Shown here piece by piece: positions 42,801-52,684 of a stretch of DNA of 64,000 bases. Every line of letters begins with the position of its first letter. Position 1 is the first letter of the stretch. The position numbers and the translations under genes are program-made. The stretch lies in NCBI GenBank assembly GCA_045863295.1, contig BTWA01000008.1:123774-187773 (forward strand). Direction: 5' to 3'. A model generated the notes under the pieces. The model was not told the origin of the DNA, ran no database searches, and was given only the letters and a program-made list of their open reading frames with translations. The DNA comes from Candidatus Hydrogenedentota bacterium. GTDB taxonomy: Bacteria; Hydrogenedentota; Hydrogenedentia; Hydrogenedentales; SLHB01.

Positions 42801-43026
42801 CCGGCAATGTAATTTGCTGCTCTATCTCTTCGCCGTTCAGTGCCGGGGCTACGGTATTGATTTGCGCTTGTACATTGGACGTATCCGGAAACGCATCGAC
42901 CGGAACCCGTGGCAAAGCCCAGACACCCAGGGCCATGCAAATGGCGGTCAATGCCAGCACCAGCCAGCGGTGCTGTAAGACCGTCCGCGTCAACCGCACC
43001 AGCGACGAGTCGTTCAACTCAGTCAT
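39871..43026 (-). CDS. czcA: CusA/CzcA-family heavy-metal efflux RND permease
   Basis: DAFPD, E.EQQIT.P.E, SLGAIDFGILVDG, EGKMFRPMA, QRLRPVL, AEVQRPLATVVIGG. Confidence 0.93.
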   Translation of the reverse strand: MTELNDSSLVRLTRTVLQHRWLVLALTAICMALGVWALPRVPVDAFPDTSNVQAQINTVAPALNGEEIEQQITLPVELSLGGLPGLVEVRSVSKFGLSQVVAVFTDDTDIYDARQFILERLGTVELPEGIEPPSLGPISTGLGEIFVYTLSSEDQGRTIEEIRTLHDWVLKPELIKVPGVAEINAWGGHERQYHVVVQPAKLVEYGLALTNVVEALERSNQNVGGGMLVESGQASLIHGIGRVAGVEDIQSIVIQTNDGVPIHIHDVADVVIGSAIRHGAVTAQGRGEVVMGLGYMLLGANSAEVAKGLREALHRASGALPGDIQVDIVYDRTELIGHVIGTVRHNLVSGAILVVLVLFFLMGSLRAGLAVAITIPMSMLFAIYGMYNTAIAASLLSLGAIDFGILVDGSVIMTDANLRALREQRLSLGRTLSVDERIDAIAGSAGQVFRPILFGMGIILIVFLPILTLEGAEGKMFRPMAYTFILALIGALVLALFLSPIFAFFALGNARGQQDGRIMAFFTRLYAALLSGTFSIRGVALGAVIVLIALTIAVAQRLGGEFLPKLSEGALVMNVIRLPGIALEESIAYNTRMERLLLEAFPDEIDRVWARIGTAEVATDPMGIELTDMFVTLRPRDDWKKASNQTELVSAIETVLRDLPGQNVVFSQPIELRMNELSAGIRSDIGIKIIGDNFDELTRLGNQVQQILTGINGSADISVDQISGQPTLQVTVNKAATSRLGIENETVLSFVEALGAKQVGEVVEGQRKFPLAVTLPEELRRSRTSLEQTLVPAGGGMALPLHEVAQVTETEGIANINREWGRRLIRVQTNVRDRDVLSYVAEAQERIDREIELPEGYLINWGGQFEHLSQAQRRLMTVVPAALILVFLLLYVSLNNLKDVLIVYSGIPFAAVGGVLCLYARGIPFSVSAAIGFIALTGIAVLDGQVMIAAIRSYRSQGLDLRDAAIEGAKQRLRPVLATSITDALGFLPMALSTGVGAEVQRPLATVVIGGVVSCTVLTLFILPVLYFVATRGDRVRAETTRLNLASNHEA

Positions 43027-44560
43027 GGGTGCACCCCGCACCCAGACGCGACTTCAAAAACTCCGACTTGACGGCAAAGCTCTGAGCGACTACGACGGGC
43101 TCTTCCGGAGACAAGCCCTCGACTATCTCCACTTCGGTTCCGTCCTCGCGACCGAGATTAACTCGTCTCACGTCGAACAAATCGGCCGCCATCTGTACGA
43201 AGACAAATGGCTTGCCGTCATACCGCTGAACAGCCTCTTTAGGAAGTCGCACGCCCTGACGCAATACCGACTCTTTAAATATTGCGGTGCCAAACATGCC
43301 GGATCTAAGCAGACCACCGGGGTTGTCAACCAGGGCGCGGGCTTCCAACGTGCGGTTGCCTTCGTTGAGAGAGGGAGACACCCAATCGATTTTACCTTCG
43401 ATTGCAATGCCGGGAAGTTCCTCAAACCTTACTTCAAATCCGGAACCAACTCGCACAGAAGCCATCAGTGCCTTGGGCACTGATAAATTGAGCGCCATTC
43501 GGCTCAGGTCCGCAATGGTGAGTATGCTTTCCTCGCGGCCCACCGCCTCGCCGCTAATGGCATGCCATTCAATTACGGTACCGCTGAACGGAGCACGCAA
43601 GGTAATGGTCGTTCCGGTATCGCGCCTTGATTGGATGGCCTTTAACTGGTCTTCAGTTATGCCCACGTCCAAAAGCCGTTGCCGTGCGGTAAATTCGGCG
43701 GTCTCGGCCTTGCGCTTCGCCGCGAGCGCGTTTTGATACTCCTGCTCGGTGGCGATGCCTTTTTCGCGCATCGACTTCTCTCGTTGGAGCGTGTTCTCCG
43801 CAAGGGCAACGTCCGCTAATGCAGTCAGGTAGGCATCTTTCGCATCTGCCAGTGCCGGAGCGGCGATCTGCACCAGTGGCTGCCCCTTTTCGACGGCCGC
43901 GCCAAGTTCAACATCCACTTGCCGTATTACACCTTCAATGAGCGGAGTAAGGTGAGCGATGCGCTTGGGATCGAAATCGATCCGGCAAAGGGCGGTGGCG
44001 CCTTCCGCACTGGAAGAAGCGCTTTGCCCGGGAACGGCGACAAGACCCGCCAGCTCAGCGGAAACCGCCGATGGCATTCGGAGTTTCAAGCCCTCGCCCG
44101 GCTGCAACTCAACAGCTCGCTGCGGCTGACAGATGGCACAATCCAACTCCAACACACCATGCTCGGGGCACATTTCGCCCGCTCCATGCGCGTGATCGTG
44201 GCTGTCTTCACCATGTTCATGGCCATGTCCCTCCTCGGCGTGCTTGTCTTCACTCTTCACGGACGTTGACGAAGTGGATCCGGGCTCCTGCGCGCTTTCC
44301 TTGTCCATGGTTGCCTGTGGCACCGTGCAACATGCATCGACCGGAGCCGTCTGCGGGACTTGGGCCACTCCCTGCGCATTGGGAGTGGCTACGTCTTCAT
44401 CCTCATGGGCATGGCCTTCGTGCGGTTCCGTCTCTGATGCCACGGCAGCTTCCAGATCGCCTGCGGGCCATGGCGCGCCGGCCAAAACGGCAACGGCAAC
44501 CATTGCGCCTGCACAAAGGCCCGCATAGTTCAAGAGAGACAATGCCTTACTCTTGCTCAT
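43019..44560 (-). CDS. czcB: RND periplasmic adaptor (CzcB/CusB-like) with His/Cys-rich N-terminus
   Basis: LRAPFSGTV, IADLS, GMFGTA, VEGL; HEGHAHE and HAEEGHGHEHGEDSHDHAH tracts; overlaps czcA start. Confidence 0.88.
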   Translation of the reverse strand: MSKSKALSLLNYAGLCAGAMVAVAVLAGAPWPAGDLEAAVASETEPHEGHAHEDEDVATPNAQGVAQVPQTAPVDACCTVPQATMDKESAQEPGSTSSTSVKSEDKHAEEGHGHEHGEDSHDHAHGAGEMCPEHGVLELDCAICQPQRAVELQPGEGLKLRMPSAVSAELAGLVAVPGQSASSSAEGATALCRIDFDPKRIAHLTPLIEGVIRQVDVELGAAVEKGQPLVQIAAPALADAKDAYLTALADVALAENTLQREKSMREKGIATEQEYQNALAAKRKAETAEFTARQRLLDVGITEDQLKAIQSRRDTGTTITLRAPFSGTVIEWHAISGEAVGREESILTIADLSRMALNLSVPKALMASVRVGSGFEVRFEELPGIAIEGKIDWVSPSLNEGNRTLEARALVDNPGGLLRSGMFGTAIFKESVLRQGVRLPKEAVQRYDGKPFVFVQMAADLFDVRRVNLGREDGTEVEIVEGLSPEEPVVVAQSFAVKSEFLKSRLGAGCTHD

Positions 44561-46103
44561 GGTTGGTATCCTCCATTTCAAACGGTGTCGCGCCGTCCGG
44601 CGCGGTTAGGTCGAGTCCGCTCAGGAAGTACAACTGAATAAGTTCCGCCTGATACCGGGCCGTTGCATCCAACAAATCAAGTCTTAACTCAATTACTTCA
44701 CGCTCGGCATCCAGGAGTTCGAATATGCGGTAGCGGCCGGCATCGTAACCCTCTTTGACAAGACGGTATGTCTTCTCCGCATTCGGCAATATGGATCCTG
44801 CGAGTGATTCGGTTTCGGCGAAAGCCGCGGAGGCAGTTGCATGGGCACCGCTTATCCGGCTACCCACATCCATCTGAGCCTGCCGTTGCTCTGCGTACGC
44901 TTTACTGACACGGCTCTCGGCCGCGCGAATCGAACCTTGGTTGCGATTGAAAATGGGGAGTTCTATGGCTGCGTCAATCACGATGCTCCAGTCCGTACCG
45001 CGGTCGGAGGATACACGGCCTCGCGTATAATCTAGGCTTGATCCATCCCACGACGCTTCCCATGAAGCGCGCGAACGCAAGGGTTGGGCGCGCAGTCCTA
45101 TGCCGAGCGTGAGATCGGGAATCCGTTTGGAGCGTTCCAGCCGGTGGATTGCCTCACGTCGCGCGATTTCCGTTTGCCATCGTGCAATATCCGGATTTCG
45201 CTCTGCTGATTCTCGCAGTTCCAGTAACGATGGCAAGGGCGGCCGTTCTTCAACAACGCCCATCGCACGATGAAAATCGGGCGTCTCGGCGCCCCATTGC
45301 AGTGACAGTGCACTTCGCACCGCATCCAGCCGGCGTGCAGCCTGGTCCACCTCCAGTAAGACGAGGTCGCGAACAGACTCCGCGCGCATCAAGTCGATAC
45401 TGGCGGCGCGTCCGCCGTCCACTTCAATTCCCACGTGATCACAGGCAGCGATGGCAATCCGGGACAATTCGGTCCAATAAGAGTGGGCTGCCTGGGCGGC
45501 AATTACATCGTTGAACAGGATTGCCGTTTCCGCAATGACCGAGGCCCGCGCCGCTTCGAAGTCCCATCGCGCCAAATCACGATCCAACTCCGCTACGCGA
45601 ACTCGCTTGGCTCGTTTGCCGCCCAGTTCAAACGCCTGGCTCACACGCAAGGTAAAGAGCGCCTCACGAAAGCCGGATGCCGGCCCTTCCTCATTCGATC
45701 TGGTCATCCCGGGTGTGATTGCAGGCAGATTCAACGTCGTTGAATTCGGATCGCCTCCATTGCCTGGAATGGGCAAATCCAGTGATTCCGTCCCCAATCC
45801 AATTGTCGAGGCCGTGGCGCGCGAAACCGGCCCTTCGCTCAAGCGAAACTCTTCAATTTCAATGCTGACCATCGGATTTGGGCGCAACCCGGCTTGCAGC
45901 ACTTCTCCGTCACGCGCCCGCGTTTCCCAGTCGAATGCTTCAAGTCTGGGGCTGAATTCCAACGCACGACGCAACGCCTCGTCGATCGACAGTTCAACAG
46001 ACGAATCGGAATTGACTGCGGCGGGTGTGTTGTCAGCCATAGCGGACAGCGATACAAGCATCGCCAACACATACACCGGCAGCGACTTGGAAACAGAGCA
46101 CAC
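44547..46103 (-). CDS. czcC: TolC-family outer-membrane efflux protein (CzcC-like)
   Basis: GTG after AGGAGG; QAGLRPNP, ELGGKRAKR, LPIFNRNQG, ELLDAER; C-B-A operon order. Confidence 0.87.
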   Translation of the reverse strand: MCSVSKSLPVYVLAMLVSLSAMADNTPAAVNSDSSVELSIDEALRRALEFSPRLEAFDWETRARDGEVLQAGLRPNPMVSIEIEEFRLSEGPVSRATASTIGLGTESLDLPIPGNGGDPNSTTLNLPAITPGMTRSNEEGPASGFREALFTLRVSQAFELGGKRAKRVRVAELDRDLARWDFEAARASVIAETAILFNDVIAAQAAHSYWTELSRIAIAACDHVGIEVDGGRAASIDLMRAESVRDLVLLEVDQAARRLDAVRSALSLQWGAETPDFHRAMGVVEERPPLPSLLELRESAERNPDIARWQTEIARREAIHRLERSKRIPDLTLGIGLRAQPLRSRASWEASWDGSSLDYTRGRVSSDRGTDWSIVIDAAIELPIFNRNQGSIRAAESRVSKAYAEQRQAQMDVGSRISGAHATASAAFAETESLAGSILPNAEKTYRLVKEGYDAGRYRIFELLDAEREVIELRLDLLDATARYQAELIQLYFLSGLDLTAPDGATPFEMEDTNHEQE

Positions 46104-46185
46104 GCGTGCATTCCTCCTGAACACAGAATCGGGGTCAAGACACGATGCGGCAGCCGGGAAGCGAAGTCCCGGCAAGAGGAGGAAT

Positions 46186-46629
46186 CTAGCGTCGAAGTAC
46201 GGAGAGTTGCGCGAGAGAAAGAGTGTGTACCAGGGGTCGCGGATAGGCTGATTCAAGTGGCACGATAGAAGGATCTGAGGACGTAGCAGCCACAGCCCAC
46301 GCAGAAGCAACAGGCACTGCGGAACGGTATTCGAATTTCTTGGCCGTTACCGCCTTTGAGGCGATACCGCAATCCAGCGAAAGTGGAATATCCAGGCAGG
46401 TGTCGCATGACGACGGCAATTGGCTATCGAGCATCTGCACGGCAACGGCCGCATCAGATTCCTCGCCAGAATCGCATCCCGAGCATGTGCCATCTTCGGC
46501 CATGCGCTCCAGATTCAATACGCCGTCCGGCTCGATGCACAACACCGTGCTCGAACCCTCCGAACACGGCAGCAGGAGCGCCGTGGCCATCATGGCTATC
46601 ACCAACATAATGTGAACAAAACGGTTCAT
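46186..46629 (-). CDS. Small Cys-rich exported protein preceding czcCBA (CzcI-like position)
   Basis: Signal-like N-terminus; VLCIEPDG...E, CSGC, CDTCLDIP, terminal VLRR. Confidence 0.65.
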   Translation of the reverse strand: MNRFVHIMLVIAMMATALLLPCSEGSSTVLCIEPDGVLNLERMAEDGTCSGCDSGEESDAAVAVQMLDSQLPSSCDTCLDIPLSLDCGIASKAVTAKKFEYRSAVPVASAWAVAATSSDPSIVPLESAYPRPLVHTLSLAQLSVLRR

Positions 46630-46876
46630 GAAGTCACCAGTTGCCTCAGCGGGAGAATAGCGGAATATCTGGCGGGCGGTCAAGAGGCCAAACCACAAAT
46701 CGATTGTTGATACTGATTTGCGACTCTCACTTCACCGGCAAAAGACTGCAAACATAGATTGTGCCATTGTGATTGAGACAATGAGAATGTAAAACCGCGT
46801 TTTGCCAGAACGTCGTATGAACTAGGCGCCTTTCATAGCTTCTAATTCATACTAGCCCCCGCTCATTGACAAGTGC

Positions 46877-49800
46877 CTATGCTTCGCAGTCCACCGTCAG
46901 TTCGTGGATGGACCACCAGAGACCGTCACTGCCTTTCTGCACAATGCGAACAAACCGGCCGTTGCGGGGCTCAAAGCTGATTTCGGTGATGGGACCACCG
47001 CCATCGCCCGCGGCCGCGGGGGTCGTGCCGCCCTCCGCGCTGTTAGACACATAGACTTCGTATTTGCGCGGATAATCGCCATTCGATCCGGTCGTGTCCA
47101 ACCGTATACACCGCACCCGGCGTTCCCAGCCCAAATCCACCTGGAACCACTGGCCGTCTCTTTGCGATTCACTTGTGGACCAACGCGTATTGGGGTCATG
47201 GTCGATGGCATTGCCTGCTTCGCCCGCATTGGCCGACGCCGTAACGGCCATCGTCACATTGTTCAGTGCATCGGCGACCAGTTCCGCCTCCGCCTTCACG
47301 GCCTCATTCGCAAGGTAGGGCTTTACGATTTCAATCACGCTGGGATGACGTACTTCCTTCAATCCGGAAAGCGCAAGCTTGATGTCGTCTGGGGACGATG
47401 CCAAGTCCAACGCCAACTTATATAAGGCGGCAGATTCCTCCGCGGACCTGTCGGAAGGACGCTTCAACAATTCGATATAGCCCCGCAATGCGGTTCGTTT
47501 CAACTCGTCGCTGCTATCTGACCTGGCAACAGTCTCCAGGCAGGAGAGCGGCGCCGGTGTGGGCCACGCGGCCATCGAACGCACTGCCGCGACCTTCACG
47601 TTGGCGTCGGTGCATTCAAGGGCCGACCGAACCGGCACAAGCGCCTGATCGGTACCAATTCCACTCAAGGAGGTGAGGAACGCAATTCGCGCTTCAGGAA
47701 GAAGATCTTCGCGTGCCAATGCCGCAGCCACCGGCTCCGCGCGCACGGTCGCATTGGAATTGCGGTTTGCAGCGGCGACAATGGCGTGGCCCGCGGCTTC
47801 CCGCGCGTTCGCGGCGGTGGCCGTAGCGAGCAACTCCACGAGGGCAGGCACATGTTCCGGCTTTGCCAGCGTCGAAAGTGCTTCAAACACAGCCGCGCTT
47901 GTCGCTGGATCGCCGTTCTTGGCCGCGCCCAGCAACGCGGGGACAGCGGTGGTTGAATTACGGCGCGCCAGACTCTGAGCTAGTTCCACACGTGCCAAAG
48001 GCGTACCTTGAGTCAATTGCGCGGCCATGGCCTCTTCCACCCCGTCCGCATTCAGGCGGTCAAGGCTGGCCCGCGCCGCTTCCGCGGTAGGGCGATCTTC
48101 GGACGCGGCACACTCGGCAAGCAGCGGAACGACCGACCCATCGCCTATCTTCCCCAAAGCCTCAATCGACGTCAGTCTCAATTCAACGTCTTCCGATTTT
48201 GTCATTTCCACGAAATTCGAAAACACATTGGGCGTGCCGTGGTCTCCCAATGCGCGTATGACCGAAGCCTGCGCATCGGGCTGGAGTCCAGACAACAAAG
48301 TGGCGTATTGGGATATATCTCCGGGTAGCGCGGCAAGTGCGGCTCCGCCCAGACGGCGCATCTCCGGATCCTGTGCTGTCAACAGTTTGGGAACCCATTC
48401 TTCCGCCTGCGCCGGATTCACTCGCATGAGCCCTTCAAACGCGGCGATTCGAATATGGGCGGGTGTGGAGTCGAGGGAACTCGTAAAATAATCTTCAAAC
48501 AGTTTCTGAGCGACCGCCTGATTGCCATCCTCGGCAAACCGGTTTGCGATGGCGAGAAGCGCTTCGTGCGCCTGCTGTTTCAGTTCGTCGGGCGTATTCG
48601 TCAATGCGGCCTTCAACGCACGTAATGCGTCGCTGCCTCCGATCTTTGACAGCGCCGCCATGGCCGCGCCCGCTACTTCATCCGGTTTTGCATCCAGATA
48701 ATGAATGAGCGCCTTCACGGCCGCGGGGTCGCGCCGTTCGCCCAGCGAATTAATGATGCCCGCCCGGGCAAGGCCGGCACACTTGGGTAGCGCCTCAATC
48801 AGCGCCGTTGTAGCCTCGGGCGAAGGGTTCCGCTCTAGTCCGTATCGAGCCACATCGCTAAGTGTGTCGTCGTGGAGAAGCTTCGCCAACGAAGGTACCG
48901 ATGCAGCCGTACCAATGCGAAAAAGCTCTTTGGCCGCCACATCTTTCGCGGCAAAGGATGCATCCGATCCCAGTATCTCCGCGATGTTGTCTTCCAGCTT
49001 GGCGCGTACCGGCTCGTTCTTCGCATACTCGCTTACTGTATCACGCAGTGCAACAACATCGGCTTCTGGCTTGCCTATGTCCCAGCTTGCAACCGCGTCC
49101 ACAAGGCTTTCGACGGCTCTCAGTTGCGCTTCAGACCGCGCCTTTTCAAAGTACTCGGGCGGCAACTGCGCGCTGGGCATGGTATCCGCTTCGAGATCGC
49201 CAAGCGCAAATTGAAGGCCGTCAAGATAGTACCGCGTGATTGTCGGATCCCAGTAGATATGCTCATTATGACCGAGCGAGCAATAATAAACGCGCCCCTT
49301 GTCATATGCGCGCACCCACGAAACGGCAAAATCGCCGTCGGTCCGCTTGATGCCCTTCTTCGTCATATCGGTCTTGTCGGTGTTCAAGGTGAGCAGAATC
49401 CGCAGCTTGTCGCGCGAATACGGCTCTTTCAATTGATAGATCTCGTCAATCACCACGTAGTCGCGATTGTGAAACACTTCAACCAGCGGATGTCCGGGAT
49501 CGTCGATGCGCACGGTGACCGTATCGCCGGCGCCCCATGGATGGCCGTCGAAGTAGCCGCCCATCATGTCGCCGTATGACGCCCAATCGTAAAAGCAGTC
49601 CGTCGCTGCATGAATGCCCGCAATCCCCTTTCCGGCGGCGACAAAGTCGAGTAGATTTTGTTGAAGCACCTTGTCCTCAAACAGGGTCATCGTCGTGTTC
49701 AACATCAGAACGCCATCGAACTGATCGAGGAAATCCTTTTTGAACGCGTTGGGATTGTCTGTGATATACGCCGAGTAGGCGCCTGTCTGTTCACCCATCG

Positions 49801-50092
49801 TCTTGATGCTGTACGAACCAATTTCAATGGACTTGTGCCGGAATCCCGCCGTCTTGGTGAACACAAGCAGCTTGCGCGGCTGTTTGGGTTGCACACGCGC
49901 CTCCGTCGGAATGGCCATTTTTACCTTTTCAATCTGATCCGCCGGCACCATTTCGTGAACAGGTATCTCGGAAACCGTCTCAGGCGGCGGCGGTGGCGGC
50001 GTCTGCTCCTGGCCGAGTGCCTGCGAACCCCCCAAACCAATGTTGAGAACTGCGATAAACCAGGCCGTATGGAAGAATCCGAATCGTTTCAT
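46877..50092 (-). CDS. Exported ThuA-like domain + HEAT repeats + F5/8 type C (discoidin) domain protein
   Basis: KLLVFTKTAGFRHKSI, GIHAATD, GGYFDGHPW, DEIY, GRVYYCSLGH; helical repeats; AIDHDPNTRWST...WFQVDLG...RFVRI. Confidence 0.88.
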   Translation of the reverse strand: MKRFGFFHTAWFIAVLNIGLGGSQALGQEQTPPPPPPETVSEIPVHEMVPADQIEKVKMAIPTEARVQPKQPRKLLVFTKTAGFRHKSIEIGSYSIKTMGEQTGAYSAYITDNPNAFKKDFLDQFDGVLMLNTTMTLFEDKVLQQNLLDFVAAGKGIAGIHAATDCFYDWASYGDMMGGYFDGHPWGAGDTVTVRIDDPGHPLVEVFHNRDYVVIDEIYQLKEPYSRDKLRILLTLNTDKTDMTKKGIKRTDGDFAVSWVRAYDKGRVYYCSLGHNEHIYWDPTITRYYLDGLQFALGDLEADTMPSAQLPPEYFEKARSEAQLRAVESLVDAVASWDIGKPEADVVALRDTVSEYAKNEPVRAKLEDNIAEILGSDASFAAKDVAAKELFRIGTAASVPSLAKLLHDDTLSDVARYGLERNPSPEATTALIEALPKCAGLARAGIINSLGERRDPAAVKALIHYLDAKPDEVAGAAMAALSKIGGSDALRALKAALTNTPDELKQQAHEALLAIANRFAEDGNQAVAQKLFEDYFTSSLDSTPAHIRIAAFEGLMRVNPAQAEEWVPKLLTAQDPEMRRLGGAALAALPGDISQYATLLSGLQPDAQASVIRALGDHGTPNVFSNFVEMTKSEDVELRLTSIEALGKIGDGSVVPLLAECAASEDRPTAEAARASLDRLNADGVEEAMAAQLTQGTPLARVELAQSLARRNSTTAVPALLGAAKNGDPATSAAVFEALSTLAKPEHVPALVELLATATAANAREAAGHAIVAAANRNSNATVRAEPVAAALAREDLLPEARIAFLTSLSGIGTDQALVPVRSALECTDANVKVAAVRSMAAWPTPAPLSCLETVARSDSSDELKRTALRGYIELLKRPSDRSAEESAALYKLALDLASSPDDIKLALSGLKEVRHPSVIEIVKPYLANEAVKAEAELVADALNNVTMAVTASANAGEAGNAIDHDPNTRWSTSESQRDGQWFQVDLGWERRVRCIRLDTTGSNGDYPRKYEVYVSNSAEGGTTPAAAGDGGGPITEISFEPRNGRFVRIVQKGSDGLWWSIHELTVDCEA

Positions 50093-50116
50093 GATATTTG
50101 TTTCCTCTGTTGTCGC

Positions 50117-51453
50117 TTAAATGCGCCAAGGGCTTCGCATTGGGCGTTGAAGCAGACGGTTCGCATCATCATCGCCGTCAAACTGCTCGGTGACCGGATC
50201 CCATTGAAGCGCACGTTTAAGCCAGTAGCATATGTTGCCAATGTGGCAGACCGTCGCCGAACGATGACCAATTTCAATGTCGCAAATGGGTTTGCGGCGG
50301 GTTTTAATGCATTCCAACCAGTTCTCATGATGCCCCGGACTGTCGTAGAGGTGGATCTCTCCAGGGCCAATGACCTCTTGGGCAATTTCGGCCGGCTCCG
50401 TCTCAAACCAGCCTCTATTCACCCGCACCTTTCCCTGGTCACCGATAAACTCGACGCCAGCATTGCCAAAAGCCCCGCCGTGATACATGACAACGCCGTT
50501 GTCGTATTTGTACGTCAAGTAAGGGTAGTCCTGACCATCCGGGGGATGGACTTCACATGGGCCGCTCCCGTCCCTATCAAGGCCCCACTGCGCAATATCG
50601 AAATGATGAGCACCCCAGTCCGTCATCATGCCCCCGGCGTAGTCGCGATAGCTCCGCCAGTTTGGCCAACCTTCGTAGGTGTGCGGCGGAGCGATGTCGG
50701 AATGATAGGGCCGGTAGGGCGCCGGCCCCAACCAGAAGTTCCAATCGAGTCCCTCCGGCACGGGTTCTTCCGGCAAATAACAGTCGACTGGCGGTCCGCC
50801 CACATTCACGTGAATGGTATGCAACTTGCCAATGCGGCCATTGCGAACCAGTTCGCATGCGATGCGGAATTCCCGGGACGATCGCTGCTGGCTGCCGGTC
50901 TGAAATACCCGGCCATAGTGGCGCGCCGCAGTGCGCATCGCCTTCCCTTCATTAATTGTGCGCGCAAGCGGCTTCTCCGAATACACGTCCTTGCCGTTTC
51001 GCATGGCCTCGATGGCCACAAGTGAATGCCAATGGTTGGGCGTTGCATTAACGACCGCATCGATATCCTGACGCGCGCACAGGTCGCGAAAGTCAGAGTA
51101 CGCGTCAATCCCTTCGTAACCGGCGTCCTTACCGAACGTCTCGGTATACGCATCGATTGCGCGCTGCTTTTGAATACCAAGCCGGACAGACTCCACATCG
51201 CAGAGGGCAACCACCTGCACTTCCCGGTTGGACAGGAAACTGCCATGATGCCCCCCCATCATCTTCCCCATGCCAACCAGCCCGAGGGTAATGCGATCAC
51301 TGGGGGCTGTATGCCCATCGGCCCCCAAGGCCGACGCGGGAATGATGTATGGAAATCCGGCAACCCCGGCCAGAGCGGCCGCGCCTTGTTTGAGAAAGGT
51401 CCGGCGCGTTTGGCGGCGGGTCGACCCCTAGAGGCGTAACGTGGCAAATCCAT
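50117..51453 (-). CDS. Tat-exported Gfo/Idh/MocA oxidoreductase with an apparent frameshift in the signal-peptide region
   Basis: LVGMG, ALCDV, ATPNHWH, KDVYSEKP, QTGSQQRS, DWGAHHFD; RRTFLK Tat motif in frame upstream; the RBS-preceded ATG (51453) is out of frame. Confidence 0.85.
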
Positions 51454-51864
51454 CGCGGCTGACTCCTGTTGCGAGCGACGGCACGGGGAGGTCGCGGACG
51501 CCGCCTGTTCTCTGGCCCAAGGTTGCGAACGACTTTACTCGGTCAGCCGGTCGGGTACAAGCTTGGCTTAGCGTCGGAAGATTCCGTTTCCCCTTCTATG
51601 CGCATGGGGAGGTAGTGATTACTATCTGCTCAGCACAACCATATAACCATATGAATTGATTGGGCTTAATAGAGATCGCCCATTCAGGCGCCAGTATTTG
51701 AGATCCCCACAAATCCGGGATTTGACTTCGCGGGGAATCAGGCGGGATAATTTGAGTCTGTGTGCGGAGCGGGTTCCCGCTTGGCGTGAATAAACCCCGA
51801 TGAGCTTCGTCTATCATTCGACGGACAACCGCGAAACGTGTTTTCGCGAATTTCAGGAGGAAGT

Positions 51865-52542
51865 ATGAAGCGTTTGCGTTGGACAGTGAATGCGGCCTTG
51901 GCGGGCGCGGCGGCATTCGGTTTTGGTTACGCCCTACCGGTGATTGCTCAGGATGAGGCAGAGGTTAAGATTGAGTTGCCGGCGCCCGTGTTTGGCGGCA
52001 CCCCGTTGGACTACTTCAGCGACAATCTCGAAGAACGTTCCTACAAGCCCCGGGAACCCTTCAAAGCGCCTGCCGGCACGGAGTTGCTTTCCAAGGGCAA
52101 GCCGGTCACCTGCAGCACGCAGACGAACTTTGGCAAGCTGGAACAGATTACCGATGGTGACAAGGAAGCCTACGACAGCAGCCTGGTTGAAGTGAAGAAG
52201 GGTGCTCAATGGGTTCAAATTGACCTTGGCAAGACCGCGGAAGTTCACGGCGTCGTCGTATGGCACTACCATGCGGCAGAGCGCGTGTACTTTGACACTA
52301 TCGTCAAGGTATCGGACGACCCCAATTTCGAGAAAGACGCCACGACGATTTACAATAACGATCACGACAATTCAGCAGGTCTTGGCGTGGGCGAAGACAA
52401 GGAATACATTGAAACGTACGAAGGCCGCCTGATTAAGGGCAAAGCCGCCAAAGGCCGCTATGTACGCTTGTACACGAATGGCAACACAACCGACGATGCC
52501 AACCACTACCTCGAAGTGGAAGTGTTCGGCAAGCCGCTGTAA
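51865..52542 (+). CDS. Exported discoidin/F5-8 type C-like protein (paralog 1)
   Basis: ATG after AGGAGG; signal peptide; SKGKPVT, ITDGDKE, WVQIDLG, GRYVRLY, EVEVFG. Confidence 0.85.
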   Translation: MKRLRWTVNAALAGAAAFGFGYALPVIAQDEAEVKIELPAPVFGGTPLDYFSDNLEERSYKPREPFKAPAGTELLSKGKPVTCSTQTNFGKLEQITDGDKEAYDSSLVEVKKGAQWVQIDLGKTAEVHGVVVWHYHAAERVYFDTIVKVSDDPNFEKDATTIYNNDHDNSAGLGVGEDKEYIETYEGRLIKGKAAKGRYVRLYTNGNTTDDANHYLEVEVFGKPL

Positions 52543-52563
52543 TCGAATACAGTAAGCGCCACG

Positions 52564-52604
52564 AGCCCTGCGCCGGATTCGCCCGGCGCGGGGCTTTTTG
52601 TTTT
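52564..52604 (+). terminator. Intrinsic terminator
   Basis: agccctgcgccgg-attcgc-ccggcgcggggct followed by ttttgtttt, just after the stop at 52542. Confidence 0.85.
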
Positions 52605-52684
52605 CGGGCAACGGCGTTGGGGAACGGGTGTAAGATACATGGTGGCAAGTCATCGACACTGAATCGCCGGGAGAGCCAAAATCG

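Noticed and set aside
46746..46766. sigma54 promoter upstream of the metal-efflux operon (minus strand TGGCACAATCTATGTTTGCA)
   Set aside because: TTGC is 4 nt too far from the GG; sigma54 spacing is strict, and no UAS palindrome is nearby.
49658..51025. 455-aa plus-strand ORF, and the many other long antisense ORFs such as 3373-4524
   Set aside because: Shadow frames opposite well-supported genes in GC-rich DNA; no recognisable motifs.
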